From an uncultured Verrucomicrobiae bacterium (GTDB taxonomy: Bacteria; Verrucomicrobiota; Verrucomicrobiia; Chthoniobacterales; JAFAMB01), in assembly GCA_963837955.1 (NCBI GenBank), contig CAWIPH010000002.1, positions 3,296,001 to 3,360,000 of the forward strand: a DNA stretch of 64,000 bases, in the 5' to 3' direction. The position numbers and the translations under genes were made by a program. Each line of letters begins with the position of its first letter. Position 1 is the stretch's first letter. Under the pieces are notes generated by a model, which was not told the origin of the DNA, did no database searches, and worked only from the letters and a program-made list of their open reading frames with translations. Below are positions 9,320 through 19,610 of the stretch, piece after piece.

Positions 9320-10288
9320 ATGAGTATCACCTATCTCGAAGCGATTCGAGAAGCCCAAGCTAAAGCGCTGCGCGACGATCCGCGAGTTTACATTTACGGC
9401 CAGGACGTTGCGGATTTCGGTGGCGCCTTCAAAGCAACAAAGAATCTCGCGAAAGAATTTCCGGGGCGCGTATTGGATTCGCCCATCAGCGAGGATGCTA
9501 TGGTCGGGAGCGTCGTGGGTGCCGCCATCGAAGGGATGCGGCCCATCGTCGAGATGCAGTTCAGTGACTTCTCTACCGTTGCTTTCAATCAAATTGTCAA
9601 CCAAGCCGCCGCCTTTTATTGGCGAACCAATATACCTTGTCCGATTACGATTCGGATGCCCTCAGGGGGAAACCCGGGCAGCGGTCCGTTTCATAGCCAA
9701 GCCTTGGAATCGTTATATGCGCACTATCCCGGATTGATCGTGATGACCCCGGCGACGGTGGAAGACGCCTACGACCTGCTGCTTGAGGCCGTTGCGATCG
9801 ATGATCCAGTGATTTTCTGCGAGCACAAATTTCTCTACAATCGAATCAAGGCCGAAAAACTACCGGAGACAAATGGCCAAACAGCCGGAAAGGCCAGGAT
9901 CGCTCGACCTGGCAGAGACCTGACCATTGTTACGTATAGCGCGACCGTGCACGACGCCTTGGTGGCTGGGCAGGAGTTGGCTCGATCCGGTATCCAAGTC
10001 GAAGTGATCGATCTCCGAACAGTTAAACCGCTTGATACTGAAACCGTGCTTGCTTCCGTCGCAAATACCGGCCGGTTGCTTTGTGTCGGAGAATCGTGGC
10101 CCTGGGGAGGCGTAAATGCCGAAGTCATCGCCCGGGTGGCCACCAAAGGATTTCATCTATTGGATGCGCCTCCACAGCGGCTGAATAGCCGAGATGTGCC
10201 TATCCCTTATCACCCTGAACTCTGGCTCGCGTCGAGGCCCTCCGTCGCGATGATCGTCGAACGGGTGCGCCAAATATTGCAGTGGTAG
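9320..10288 (+). CDS. 2-oxoacid dehydrogenase E1 beta subunit
   Basis: GQDVADFGGAFKAT, DSPISE, EMQFSDF, GPFHSQ, DPVIFCEHK, DLRTVKPLD. Confidence 0.9.
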   Translation: MSITYLEAIREAQAKALRDDPRVYIYGQDVADFGGAFKATKNLAKEFPGRVLDSPISEDAMVGSVVGAAIEGMRPIVEMQFSDFSTVAFNQIVNQAAAFYWRTNIPCPITIRMPSGGNPGSGPFHSQALESLYAHYPGLIVMTPATVEDAYDLLLEAVAIDDPVIFCEHKFLYNRIKAEKLPETNGQTAGKARIARPGRDLTIVTYSATVHDALVAGQELARSGIQVEVIDLRTVKPLDTETVLASVANTGRLLCVGESWPWGGVNAEVIARVATKGFHLLDAPPQRLNSRDVPIPYHPELWLASRPSVAMIVERVRQILQW

Positions 10289-10312
10289 TCTTTAACCGGC
10301 CAAATCGCTCCT

Positions 10313-11491
10313 ATGCCCAAAGTTCCAATCATTATGCCGCAGCTCGGTGAGTCGATCGCCGAAGCGACGATAGTACGTTTCTGTGTCGAAGTTGGGGACG
10401 CGGTCGAGACCGATCAGGAAATCGTCGAGGTCGAAACTAATAAGGCGGTGATGGGTGTAACGACACCATGCGCCGGAAAGATCGAAAGCTTTTCGGCAGC
10501 GGTTAACGAGGTGTATCCGATCGGGACTGTGCTGGGATATGTCGAGGCCAGCGTCGAGGATGCCGAACGCTTGAATGCCGCCGGATCAGGTCCTCTTGCG
10601 GAACATACCACGCAACAGCTTGAATCCGAGCCGGTCTCGTTTCAGGCTAGCGAGGGAGCAAGGGAGCTTCCGATCCGATCCCAAGGTGGCCCCTTTATCT
10701 CTCCACGCGTTAGGGCGCGGATGGACGACCTGGGCTGGAGTCAACAGGAGATCGGGTTGCTCGCCGGCACTGGAAAAGGTGGCAGAGTGACAGCTCGCGA
10801 TTTGGAAAATTATCTGGTCGCGCTTGAATCCAGCCCCACCGAAAAAGCGTCAGCCATGCGCTTGGCAGTCTCTGATTCCATGCGCCGCAGCTGGGCTCGG
10901 CCGCTCGCAACCGCCGGCGTAGCTTTTCGCTTGGATCCAATCCTTGCTCATCGCAAGCAGATAGATATTCCGCCGGGGCCCGCTCTTTATGTTGCCAAGG
11001 CTCTTGCCGTCGCGATCGCTGAACATCCCGCTTACGCTGCCCGTTTGGCGGGCGACCAGCTCATTCTGCCACAATCCATCGATATCGGGATTGCCGTTGA
11101 AGTGGAGGATGGCATCATCGTTCCGGTGCTCCGTAACCTGGATCAGCAACCAATTTCCGAACTAGGCAAGGCCTATCAAGATCTAGTCAGTGCGGCTCGC
11201 ACTCGTCGGTTGCCGGAAGAGATGCGCACCGGCTCCATCGCTTCGGTCACGAACTTCGGCCCACTGGGAATCACCTGGGCCACGCCGATTCCGCTGCCAA
11301 CCGAAACGCTGATCGCGGGCCTTGGTCGAGGCGAAAAGCGTCCAGTGTGGGACGAAGCAAGCGGACAATTTAAGCCGGTCTTAATGGCCGAACTTACCCT
11401 AACCTTCGACCATCGGATTTTGGATGGTGGCGCCGCTGGCCGCTTGATTCAACGAATGGTCTCGTTGCTCGAACAACCGGAAACTCTGTAG
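10313..11491 (+). CDS. 2-oxoacid dehydrogenase E2 acyltransferase
   Basis: Lipoyl domain (MPQLGES, EVETNKA), subunit-binding GTGKGGRVT, catalytic TFDHRILDG. Confidence 0.9.
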   Translation: MPKVPIIMPQLGESIAEATIVRFCVEVGDAVETDQEIVEVETNKAVMGVTTPCAGKIESFSAAVNEVYPIGTVLGYVEASVEDAERLNAAGSGPLAEHTTQQLESEPVSFQASEGARELPIRSQGGPFISPRVRARMDDLGWSQQEIGLLAGTGKGGRVTARDLENYLVALESSPTEKASAMRLAVSDSMRRSWARPLATAGVAFRLDPILAHRKQIDIPPGPALYVAKALAVAIAEHPAYAARLAGDQLILPQSIDIGIAVEVEDGIIVPVLRNLDQQPISELGKAYQDLVSAARTRRLPEEMRTGSIASVTNFGPLGITWATPIPLPTETLIAGLGRGEKRPVWDEASGQFKPVLMAELTLTFDHRILDGGAAGRLIQRMVSLLEQPETL

Positions 11492-11643
11492 ATGATGACC
11501 AAAAGCAGATAGCAAATTTCGGCTATCGGCGACTGGCCATTTTGTTCGAGGACAGCGAGAATCAAATTTCCGCGGTTCTCAGAGTTCATCCTCGGCAATG
11601 GCGGCCGGGACAACCAAAAAGGTCGCCCAGCCGCCCGCCGAGA

Positions 11644-11832
11644 CTACTCAAAGGCTGGCCCCCCGCAGACGTGATAGCCTTCAAGCGTCAAGGACATTGG
11701 AAAAAGTAGTAGTGTAGGCGTGCGGGCCGGGGCTCGTTTCGCGCTCACCTCGGTGCCAGCGACCCGGCGACTATGATTTCTCGCCACTCTTTGGGTACCG
11801 GCTGAAAACAGAATTTGGAGCAAAGCTTTCAT
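11644..11832 (-). CDS. Possible small protein (62 aa)
   Basis: ATG 4 nt after the stop of the 41-aa ORF; no recognisable motif. Confidence 0.25.
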   Translation of the reverse strand: MKALLQILFSAGTQRVARNHSRRVAGTEVSAKRAPARTPTLLLFPMSLTLEGYHVCGGPAFE

Positions 11833-11836
11833 TGGT

Positions 11837-11962
11837 TCATTGCGAAACGCCTACGAGTCGGCCGACGAACTGGCAGAGTCCTCCCCAGAACCTAGGGTCT
11901 GCTTGCACGTAGAAGGCAACGCAGACCAAGATCATCAGAAAACCTGTTTTCAATTCGTTCAT
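11837..11962 (-). CDS. Small hydrophobic peptide (41 aa), not in the ORF track
   Basis: MNELKTGFLMILVCVAFYVQADPRFWGGLCQFVGRLVGVSQ, starting directly after a consensus sigma54 promoter. Confidence 0.45.
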   Translation of the reverse strand: MNELKTGFLMILVCVAFYVQADPRFWGGLCQFVGRLVGVSQ

Positions 11963-11980
11963 GACTCGCATTCCACCTAA

Positions 11981-11996
11981 TGCAAGTGCTGTGCCA
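11981..11996 (-). promoter_or_regulatory. sigma54 (RpoN) -24/-12 promoter
   Basis: Minus strand TGGCACAGCACTTGCA is an exact TGGCAC-N5-TTGCW match. Confidence 0.8.
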
Positions 11997-12014
11997 CGCA
12001 ATTCATTTAATTTA

Positions 12015-12027
12015 TAACATGCTGATT
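12015..12027 (-). promoter_or_regulatory. IHF-like binding site
   Basis: AATCAGCATGTTA matches WATCARNNNNTTR, in an AT-rich tract at about -45 to -57 of the sigma54 promoter. Confidence 0.6.
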
Positions 12028-12225
12028 GTAAGATGGTTACGTATGAAAATGTGATTTTTCTGATAGTTGTTCTTTTGATCTAGCTCATCCGTAATTGGGA
12101 TCGCCGTTCCACTAGTGGGACGCCCAAAATGAGTAGGACCAGAGTTCATCGCGAAATTGCAGCCGGTAGCGAAATGACCACTACGTCCAAACCGGAATCC
12201 GGACCGTACCCCTTATAGAACTGTT

Positions 12226-12711
12226 GTGAGGCCGGAGAACGAGAAACTAATTGATACTGCCATGGGCTACTTTGAACTAGGCATGCTGGATGATGCCGTT
12301 GAAGAGCTCGCACCGCTCGGTGGCCGCGAACGGTTGAGCGTTCTTAGCGTCTGGAGCGCGGCGTTACGAATGGCGCAGCGATGGCCGGAAATGCGTTCAC
12401 TGACCCAAAAGATGGTTGAACTGTATCCGGCGGAAGCGGAGTGCTGGGTAAGCCTGGCCGATGCAACACGAAACTTAGTATCGTTGCAAGCGGGCCTCGA
12501 ACTCCTCGAAGCAGCGCGTCAACATTTTCCAGACGACGGCCACGTTCTTTTCCAAATCGGCTGTTACTGCTGTCGGCTCGGACGCCTGGACGAAGCGCGT
12601 CGGGCGGTGCGAGAAGCAATTTCGAGCAATCGGGTTTGGGCCAAGATCGCGGTGCAAGATCACGATCTAGCCCCACTGTGGCCCGAGCTTAGAAGATGGA
12701 GTTCTGGCTGA
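12226..12711 (+). CDS. Tetratricopeptide-repeat protein
   Basis: AMGYFELGMLDDAVEEL, WVSLADA, FQIGCYCCRLGRLDEAR, DHDLAPLW helical repeats. Confidence 0.75.
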   Translation: MRPENEKLIDTAMGYFELGMLDDAVEELAPLGGRERLSVLSVWSAALRMAQRWPEMRSLTQKMVELYPAEAECWVSLADATRNLVSLQAGLELLEAARQHFPDDGHVLFQIGCYCCRLGRLDEARRAVREAISSNRVWAKIAVQDHDLAPLWPELRRWSSG

Positions 12712-12724
12712 CGAGCACCCGATC

Positions 12725-13741
12725 TTACGCCGGGCTCGCATTCGCGGCGATCGGATCCGCGCTCCTCTGACGCCGAGCGAGAAGGTAGGAGCCGATAACG
12801 AGTAGAGCCGCCAATGCCTGTGCGCTTAATGTCTCAACTGTAGGATAAACAGAAAACCAAACGCCCATCCAGTCGGGCGTAAAATTGGCCAGCCCATCGA
12901 TCTTTGTCGTGGGGATCCAGTGCGCTAGTTGCATCTCCTGCGCTTGTTCGCCCACCATGACTAGGAGCACAAATCCAAGCATTGTACCCGTGAGGACGAG
13001 CATCTTCCGATACGGCAGCCGGCGATGCGCGAAGAACGTGAGCACCGCCACAACTCCCGACAGCAGCACACCGATAAGTGCTCCGGCCAGGACCAGTTCA
13101 TTTCCCATTTGCAGGCGATAGCTCTGAAGGAACAACACTACCTCGAATCCCTCACGGTAAAACGAAGTGAATCCGAGGAGTCCAAGGCCCCAGAGCAGGC
13201 CGGTTCGCGAAATTTGAAATCCCTGAGCGCCGCTTAAGAGCGCCTTTTTCTTCCGGTTATGAGCGCAAATCCAACCGCCCCAGTAAACCTTATGGAAAAA
13301 CCAATTCATTATCGTCAGCAGAACCACTACGGCCAAAAGACCGGTTCCAGCCTGGAGATCGAGAGCCGAAACATTCTTTGAGAGATCGTTAATGACGCCT
13401 ACCGCAATGAACCAGGTCACCAGGGTTACGAGTACGCCGACCCCTACCCCAGCCGCGACCGGTTTTCGCTGAGATTCATTCGGACCGACCATGCTCGCCA
13501 TGATCGCCGAGAGCACCAGAATACATTCCAACCCCTCGCGGAAAACCAGGACTCCGATATCGAGCACTGCGACGGTTGGGTGGTTGTGCGGAAGCGTTGG
13601 ATCTGGGGCTCCGCTAGCGGTAACACCCTGCCAGACCAAAATCCCGGCGACCATCAAGGCGCCGATCAGAAGCAATATCCGGAGAATGGGCCGGACTTGG
13701 TAGGCGCTTGGGGATGCGGACCGAACGGCAGCAGAGCTCAT
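12725..13741 (-). CDS. FTR1/EfeU-family iron permease
   Basis: Two REGxE motifs (REGLE, REGFE) and multiple TM helices. Confidence 0.9.
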   Translation of the reverse strand: MSSAAVRSASPSAYQVRPILRILLLIGALMVAGILVWQGVTASGAPDPTLPHNHPTVAVLDIGVLVFREGLECILVLSAIMASMVGPNESQRKPVAAGVGVGVLVTLVTWFIAVGVINDLSKNVSALDLQAGTGLLAVVVLLTIMNWFFHKVYWGGWICAHNRKKKALLSGAQGFQISRTGLLWGLGLLGFTSFYREGFEVVLFLQSYRLQMGNELVLAGALIGVLLSGVVAVLTFFAHRRLPYRKMLVLTGTMLGFVLLVMVGEQAQEMQLAHWIPTTKIDGLANFTPDWMGVWFSVYPTVETLSAQALAALLVIGSYLLARRQRSADPIAANASPA

Positions 13742-13747
13742 TATTAC

Positions 13748-13777
13748 TGAAAATGACTCTCAATAGCGCTTTGTCAA
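13748..13777 (-). promoter_or_regulatory. Fur-box-like 7-1-7 operator overlapping the FTR1 promoter
   Basis: TGAAAAT-G-ACTCTCA at 13748-13762; minus-strand TTGACA -35 at 13772-13777. Confidence 0.65.
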
Positions 13778-13962
13778 CGCCAGAGTCGATCTCTTTCGAG
13801 TAGCCTGATCCTCCTGGCTCAGGGACCCATGGCGCAGCGATTGTGAGAGGTGAGAAGTGATTGGTGGATTGGTGGGAGAAATCTCCCACCCTCTCACCAA
13901 TCACTGATCACTAATCACCGTTTTTGGAGGGAACGAAGGCTAGAGCATCAGGCTACAGGGCC

Positions 13963-15021
13963 TCAGAAATCGAACTGATCGATGTTCTCCTTATTGAATA
14001 CCTTGGGCGGGCCTAAGAGAATCTGGCTCCCGTTAATAACTTTTACCTTCCCAAGTTTTCCGGCGTCGAGCTCGGTCGCACCTGGTTTCAACTTCCCATC
14101 AATCGAGGCCCGCATCGCATAAGCGGATAAGTAACCAAGATCGACCGGGTTCCACAGGATGACATCTTTTACGGCGCCGTTTTTCACAAAAGGCTTCATT
14201 TGGTTCGGGGTCGACAAACCGACGACAGCGATTTTCCCGATCAGATTGGCTTGAGTGATCGCGTCCGCTGCGCCTGGGAACGCAACGCTCGATAATCCAA
14301 TGATACCTTTGACACTGGGATAGGCTTTCAAGATTTCGCCAGTTCTCTTGAATGCGAGCTGTTGATCCTCTTCCGCAGGCACAATTGTCACGATGTTAAT
14401 CTTGGGGTGAGCTTGCGGGATGTATTTTTTAATCTCGGCGATCCAGGCATTCTGACCGGCAGCAGTCATCGAGCTAGTGACGATCGCAATATCGGCTTGC
14501 TCACCAACTTGAGACACCATGTCGTCGATGAGAGCCTTGGCGACTCCGTCGGGCGTGCACATCTGAGCAAACCATTCGCGGGCGTCGGGCTGCGACTCGG
14601 CATCGTAGCCGATCACGTGAATTCCAGCCTTGAGCGCTTTGCGAAGCACGGGCGAGATCGCTACCGGGTCATTGGCGGCGAAAAAGATACCGTCAACACC
14701 CTTAGATATGGCTGTATCGATGAACTCGATCTGCTTTTGGATGTCGCCCTCGGTCGGAGCATCCGTGGTCACTTCTGTCGGTAAGCCGCTCTTTGTCAGG
14801 TCTGCGCACCCTTCCGCGATTCCTTTCGCGGTGGCATTGAAATACCCGATGCCGATCAATTTCGGAACATCGGCCAGGACGACCTTCTTGCCTTTGAGAT
14901 CTTTCGCGTTAGCCGGCTGCCCGCCATCGTAAGGCGCATCAGCAGCGAAAACGCTGGCAGCAGACGTCGCCAGCAACAGAATAAGCGCTTTGAGAAAGCG
15001 CGATGGATTAGTTGATATCAT
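13963..15021 (-). CDS. Sugar ABC substrate-binding protein, LsrB/RhaS-like
   Basis: Signal peptide, VPKLIGIGYF, ANDP, QNAW, GLSTPNQM, LWNPVDLGY, NIDQFDF. Confidence 0.85.
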   Translation of the reverse strand: MISTNPSRFLKALILLLATSAASVFAADAPYDGGQPANAKDLKGKKVVLADVPKLIGIGYFNATAKGIAEGCADLTKSGLPTEVTTDAPTEGDIQKQIEFIDTAISKGVDGIFFAANDPVAISPVLRKALKAGIHVIGYDAESQPDAREWFAQMCTPDGVAKALIDDMVSQVGEQADIAIVTSSMTAAGQNAWIAEIKKYIPQAHPKINIVTIVPAEEDQQLAFKRTGEILKAYPSVKGIIGLSSVAFPGAADAITQANLIGKIAVVGLSTPNQMKPFVKNGAVKDVILWNPVDLGYLSAYAMRASIDGKLKPGATELDAGKLGKVKVINGSQILLGPPKVFNKENIDQFDF

Positions 15022-15024
15022 AGT

Positions 15025-17106
15025 CTAGGGGGCTCGTATTATGGTTTGCGGTTTATGCTGTAATTTGAAGAAGCCGCGTCCAGAAAGGATGAACTTCTCC
15101 AAAAATTGATTCAGCAAAATGGAAAGAATGAGGACCGTGCCAATCAGAACGACCGTGGCTTCTCCGCGAAAACCGGCTAGCTGAAGTCCGTTCTTCAAGA
15201 GTTGGATAGTGACGACACCAAGCGCTGTACCGAGAATCGTGCCGCGTCCGCCAAAAATGCTCGTGCCGCCGAAAACGACCGCTGCAATCACATCCAACTC
15301 CAAACCTGTGGAGGCGTCCGCCCGGGTCGAGGTAACGCGCGAGGTAAAGATAAATCCGACTATACCGGCCATAAACCCGCTGAAAGTGTATGCGAGCAGT
15401 TTAATCCGACCCACCCGGAGGCCGGCGAAGCGAGCGGCGACTTCATTATTTCCAATTGCGTAAATCCTACGGCCGGTCGGCGTGGCACCAAGAACTAGTC
15501 CACTCACTACGAAAACAACGATCAACAGGTAGAGCTGCACCGGTAGGCCAGCGATCTCGCCGCTGCCCCAAAATGCAAATGAGTCAGGGAATCCGTTGAA
15601 TGAACGCGACTCGCTAATACCATAAGCAAGACCGCGAAAGATCGCCAAGGTCGCCAGGGTCACGATCAATGGTGGTACACCGAGATAGACCGTCACGAGC
15701 CCGTTCAAATAACCGGCCAGCGTTCCGCCAGCAATCCCAACGATGACTGCGAACCAGAGTGGAAAGCCTAGCACCTGCCACGAGAAGCCCAACAGAACGG
15801 CGCTGAACGCGACGATCGAGCCAACCGAAAGATCGATCCCACCCATGATGATCAGGAAAGTCATCGGTACGGCCATAAGTGCCACCTCACTGAGGAAGCG
15901 GGTTTGGTTTAACAAGTTTGCGGTCGTAAAGAACCGATCTGATAGAAAAGAGAGCGTGATCACCGCAATCACCAGCACACCAGCGAGAACCACTTCCTGA
16001 AGACTGAGCCAACGTAATCGAAATACACCCGGCGAAGCCGCCTGTCCGCTCCCTCCCCCGGCAATTACCGCGCCACTTGTTTGCCGGCGACGGAACACAT
16101 CGAGCAGAATGGTCAGTAGAATCAGACTTCCTTGGACGGTTAGGAACCATTCGGCACGAATGTGGAGAAAAACGAGCGCGCTCCCAATGGTTTGAAGAAG
16201 CAGCGCGCCTAGCAGCGCTCCGATCACGTTTCCGGTTCCGCCGAGGATGCTGACTCCTCCGATAACGGTGGCGGTGATTACAGTGAGCTCAAATCCCGGC
16301 GCGACATTGCTTTGGATCGCAGTAAAGTTGGTCGCGTACAAAATAGCTGCCATCCCAACCAGAAGCCCATTCATTACAAACACAAGAATGGTCACATGGC
16401 GTTCAGAAATGCCTGACAACCGCGCTGCTTCGGCATTGCCACCAACCGCGTAGAGTTCTCTACCTTTTGCGGAATGCTTCAGCCAGAGCGCGAAAACGAT
16501 CCCCAGCAAAATTAATACGAAAATCGGCACTGGAATATAGAAGGTGCCGTAAACAGGAATCCAAGCTGGAATCGAAGTGCGACTGATGCCAAACCCAGGC
16601 GGTAACCCATAAATCCAGCGCCCGCCCGTGGAAAGGATCAGACTCCCCTTTAGGATGCTTGCCATACCCAATGTGGTAACGATGGCGGGTATCCTACCGT
16701 AGGCCACTAATAGGCCGTTGATAAGACCGATGAATCCGCCGGCAAGAATAGTCACCGGGAAAACTACCGCCAATGGCAGCCCGGCTACTGCAAGCTTGCC
16801 TGCGATCGTAGCGCAGACGCCAAGTGCGGCTCCAATAGAAATATCGATATGGCCGCATAGGATGATCATCGTCATGCCGATGGCTGCCACCCCGATGTAG
16901 GAGCAGTTGTAGAGCATGTCCCGGAAGTTGCTGAGCTCGAGGAATCCATGATTCAGCGAACCCACCCAGCCAAAGACCACGCAAAACGCCACAAAAAGAA
17001 CGGTCTCCTGCTGATTCAACAATCTCAGCAAGCTACCAAGCGAGGATGCTTTACTCTCCCCTGAACTGATCTTCGCGGAGTGGATAGGCGGAGGAGCCGT
17101 CGACAT
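15025..17106 (-). CDS. Fused double sugar ABC permease (two RbsC/LsrC-D-type domains)
   Basis: 693 aa with two copies each of IDxS, YAxGxNxxAARxxG and ELxVIxAxVxGGxSIxGG, joined by a Gly/Ser linker. Confidence 0.85.
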   Translation of the reverse strand: MSTAPPPIHSAKISSGESKASSLGSLLRLLNQQETVLFVAFCVVFGWVGSLNHGFLELSNFRDMLYNCSYIGVAAIGMTMIILCGHIDISIGAALGVCATIAGKLAVAGLPLAVVFPVTILAGGFIGLINGLLVAYGRIPAIVTTLGMASILKGSLILSTGGRWIYGLPPGFGISRTSIPAWIPVYGTFYIPVPIFVLILLGIVFALWLKHSAKGRELYAVGGNAEAARLSGISERHVTILVFVMNGLLVGMAAILYATNFTAIQSNVAPGFELTVITATVIGGVSILGGTGNVIGALLGALLLQTIGSALVFLHIRAEWFLTVQGSLILLTILLDVFRRRQTSGAVIAGGGSGQAASPGVFRLRWLSLQEVVLAGVLVIAVITLSFLSDRFFTTANLLNQTRFLSEVALMAVPMTFLIIMGGIDLSVGSIVAFSAVLLGFSWQVLGFPLWFAVIVGIAGGTLAGYLNGLVTVYLGVPPLIVTLATLAIFRGLAYGISESRSFNGFPDSFAFWGSGEIAGLPVQLYLLIVVFVVSGLVLGATPTGRRIYAIGNNEVAARFAGLRVGRIKLLAYTFSGFMAGIVGFIFTSRVTSTRADASTGLELDVIAAVVFGGTSIFGGRGTILGTALGVVTIQLLKNGLQLAGFRGEATVVLIGTVLILSILLNQFLEKFILSGRGFFKLQHKPQTIIRAP

Positions 17107-17123
17107 AATATCTAGTGCGTCGT

Positions 17124-18755
17124 CTAAACCAAAAGCTTCCCGTCTCCGGCCGCAGCGGAATCCCCATTCTCAGCCGGCCGGATCTGTTCGGCTTCAGGAG
17201 CGTGCCTGCCCAATGCAGCGGTAATGACTGCTTCCTGGGTGGCCTCCTTCCGTTGAAATTCAGCTACCAATAACCCTTCGCGCATGACCAGGATGCGGTC
17301 ACTCAACCGCATGATCTCGGGTAGATCGCTCGAGATGACGAGTATGGCCAACCCCCCCTCTCGAGCCAAGGAGTCAAGCAATCGATGGATCTCGGCCCGC
17401 GCGCCTACGTCAATTCCCCGGGTGGGCTCATCCACGATGAGAACACGCGGATTGGTTGCCAGCCATTTGCCAAGCACAATCTTTTGCTGGTTTCCGCCGG
17501 AAAGATTTCGGGCTGTTTGCCTTGCATTGGGAGTCTTGATTCGAAGCTTATCAATATACTCTCGAGCCAGGGCATCCTCTGCCTCAAAATCGATGAAAGG
17601 TCCTCTGGTTAGGGAGCCGAGCCGTGTCATCCCGATGTTCTCGCCGACCGTCATGGCAGTAATTAAGCCTTGGCGTTGCCGATCTTCGGGCACATAAGCG
17701 ATACCAAGCTTCATCGCCTCTTCGGGACGGTTGATCTTCACCTCGGAGCCCTCCACTTCTACCGTTCCTGACTCGGGGGGCATCACCCCAAAAATCGCCT
17801 GGGCCAGCTCGGACCGTCCTGATCCAATCAGGCCAGCCAACCCGACTATCTCTCCGGCGTACAGTTCGAGACTGGCATCACGTAAACTCGGTCGCCGAGC
17901 TAAATTGCGTCCTCGCAGTAGCAGTGGGCCCCTTTTAACCGATCGCTCCGCATGCGAGACCGGTTCCTCCTCCAGGGCCCGCCCAACCATTAATCGAATC
18001 AGCTCAGATTCTTTAGTTTCGGATGCGGGCCTTATCGCCACCAAGTTACCGTCACGCAGGACAGTTACCCGGTTCGCTAGCGCAAAAATTTCAACCAGGC
18101 GATGGCTAATATAGATGACCGCAACTTTCTGCGCGGCCAAACGCCGGATAATGGCGAACAACCTGTCCGCATCGTGCTGGGTCAAAACCGCGGTTGGTTC
18201 ATCTAAAATCAAAATACGAGCACGACGCGATAGCGCCTTGGCGATCTCCACTCTTTGACGGTTTCCGACAGAGAGCGTTCCGACCCGAGCGTTCACGTCT
18301 AGGTCGCCGGCATCCAAAGACTCCAGGACTGCCGCTGCCTCCTTGGCGGCGCGGCGCCAATCCAAAGTTAGCCCACCGAACCTCCTCGGCATATGTCCCG
18401 TGAAAATATTTTCGGCGACCGTAAGTTCCGGGTAGAGGCTGAACTCTTGATAGATCGTGGCTATCCCCTGGGCCTGGGCTTCGCGTGGGCTGAGGAAATG
18501 GACCGGCTTGCCCGCAACCGACATCTCGCCCGTGTCAGGAGGATAAACCCCAGAAATAATCTTGATCAGCGTAGACTTACCCGCACCGTTTTCTCCGAGT
18601 AATGCGTGCACCTCGCCCGCATGGACATCGAAGGAAACATCGGCGAGTGCGCGCACACCCGGAAACGATTTACTAACTCCGCGCAGCGCCAGGACCGGTT
18701 CGTCAATAGATGCTGAAGATGAAGAGACTGAAAATTCTCGATGCTGCTCTGCCAT
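17124..18755 (-). CDS. Sugar ABC ATP-binding protein (two NBDs)
   Basis: [36 protein letters not shown]. Confidence 0.9.
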   Translation of the reverse strand: MAEQHREFSVSSSSASIDEPVLALRGVSKSFPGVRALADVSFDVHAGEVHALLGENGAGKSTLIKIISGVYPPDTGEMSVAGKPVHFLSPREAQAQGIATIYQEFSLYPELTVAENIFTGHMPRRFGGLTLDWRRAAKEAAAVLESLDAGDLDVNARVGTLSVGNRQRVEIAKALSRRARILILDEPTAVLTQHDADRLFAIIRRLAAQKVAVIYISHRLVEIFALANRVTVLRDGNLVAIRPASETKESELIRLMVGRALEEEPVSHAERSVKRGPLLLRGRNLARRPSLRDASLELYAGEIVGLAGLIGSGRSELAQAIFGVMPPESGTVEVEGSEVKINRPEEAMKLGIAYVPEDRQRQGLITAMTVGENIGMTRLGSLTRGPFIDFEAEDALAREYIDKLRIKTPNARQTARNLSGGNQQKIVLGKWLATNPRVLIVDEPTRGIDVGARAEIHRLLDSLAREGGLAILVISSDLPEIMRLSDRILVMREGLLVAEFQRKEATQEAVITAALGRHAPEAEQIRPAENGDSAAAGDGKLLV

Positions 18756-19055
18756 GAACCCAATCAAGAGGAACGGGGAAACAATCGAAGATTACCTCTT
18801 CCTTGCGTTCATCTCCCAAGCTGAACCTACTTTGGGAAGTGGAACCCTCGATCAATGCGCGAAATGTTCAGCTTCTCCTTTGCGGAAGTCAAACCCTTTG
18901 AAAGCAGATTCCTGCGTGCTCCGGACTGGCGAAACAAAATTGCTTCTGCCCTCGGAAAATTTGCGGAACCCGGCTTAGTCTCCGAGTTCACCGTCCAGCG
19001 GAAAACCTAACACCTGCCGTTGGCGCTGATTCGCCCTGCAGGTACTTTCACGTCC

Positions 19056-19211
19056 ATGAAAAAGCGGACCGGCCTTCTTCTTATGCTTATTTTATTTTGT
19101 GGCGTGGTTTGCCTGGCAGGTTGTTCCGATACCTCAGCCTGGCAGATGGGGGCCGAGGGTATGCCACTGAACTCCGCCCCTAGTGGAACAAGCGATTCAA
19201 CGAGTCAATGA
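19056..19211 (+). CDS. Small lipoprotein (51 aa)
   Basis: MKKR, hydrophobic stretch, lipobox LAGC. Confidence 0.55.
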   Translation: MKKRTGLLLMLILFCGVVCLAGCSDTSAWQMGAEGMPLNSAPSGTSDSTSQ

Positions 19212-19610
19212 CCTTTGGCCGAGTCATGGCCCGGCGGCGCCGTTACCGTTAAAGCGTCACCAGCCGGTATAGAAACCTGGACCACCCGATTGCGGAAAAG
19301 ATGGGCCCTGAAAATGAACCTCATGAGCTGGGTATGTGCGGCCATTAAGATATTTCGTGGTACCAGGGTCCTCCCCAGGAGGGACCCTGCCTGATCCCGC
19401 ATACACGGGACCAGGCGCGGTTCTCATTGGTGCTTTAACGCGGCGATCACTCGATCACCGCTAGGCAAGCGATAATTCCGAACGCGCCGATTTACGCAGA
19501 GAACAGGATAGACGGTGAATCGAGGAAAGGATTTAACCCTATCGGGTGATGAGCGGTCGGGGCCAAGCTGCAAACCCGAGCCCGATATGGCAATAAAAGG
19601 ACGAAAGAAA

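Noticed and set aside
13842..13920. GTGA/TCAC 7-8 nt repeats as a regulatory RNA
   Set aside because: Same class of simple intergenic repeats seen elsewhere in the window (30280-30320, 27569-27638)
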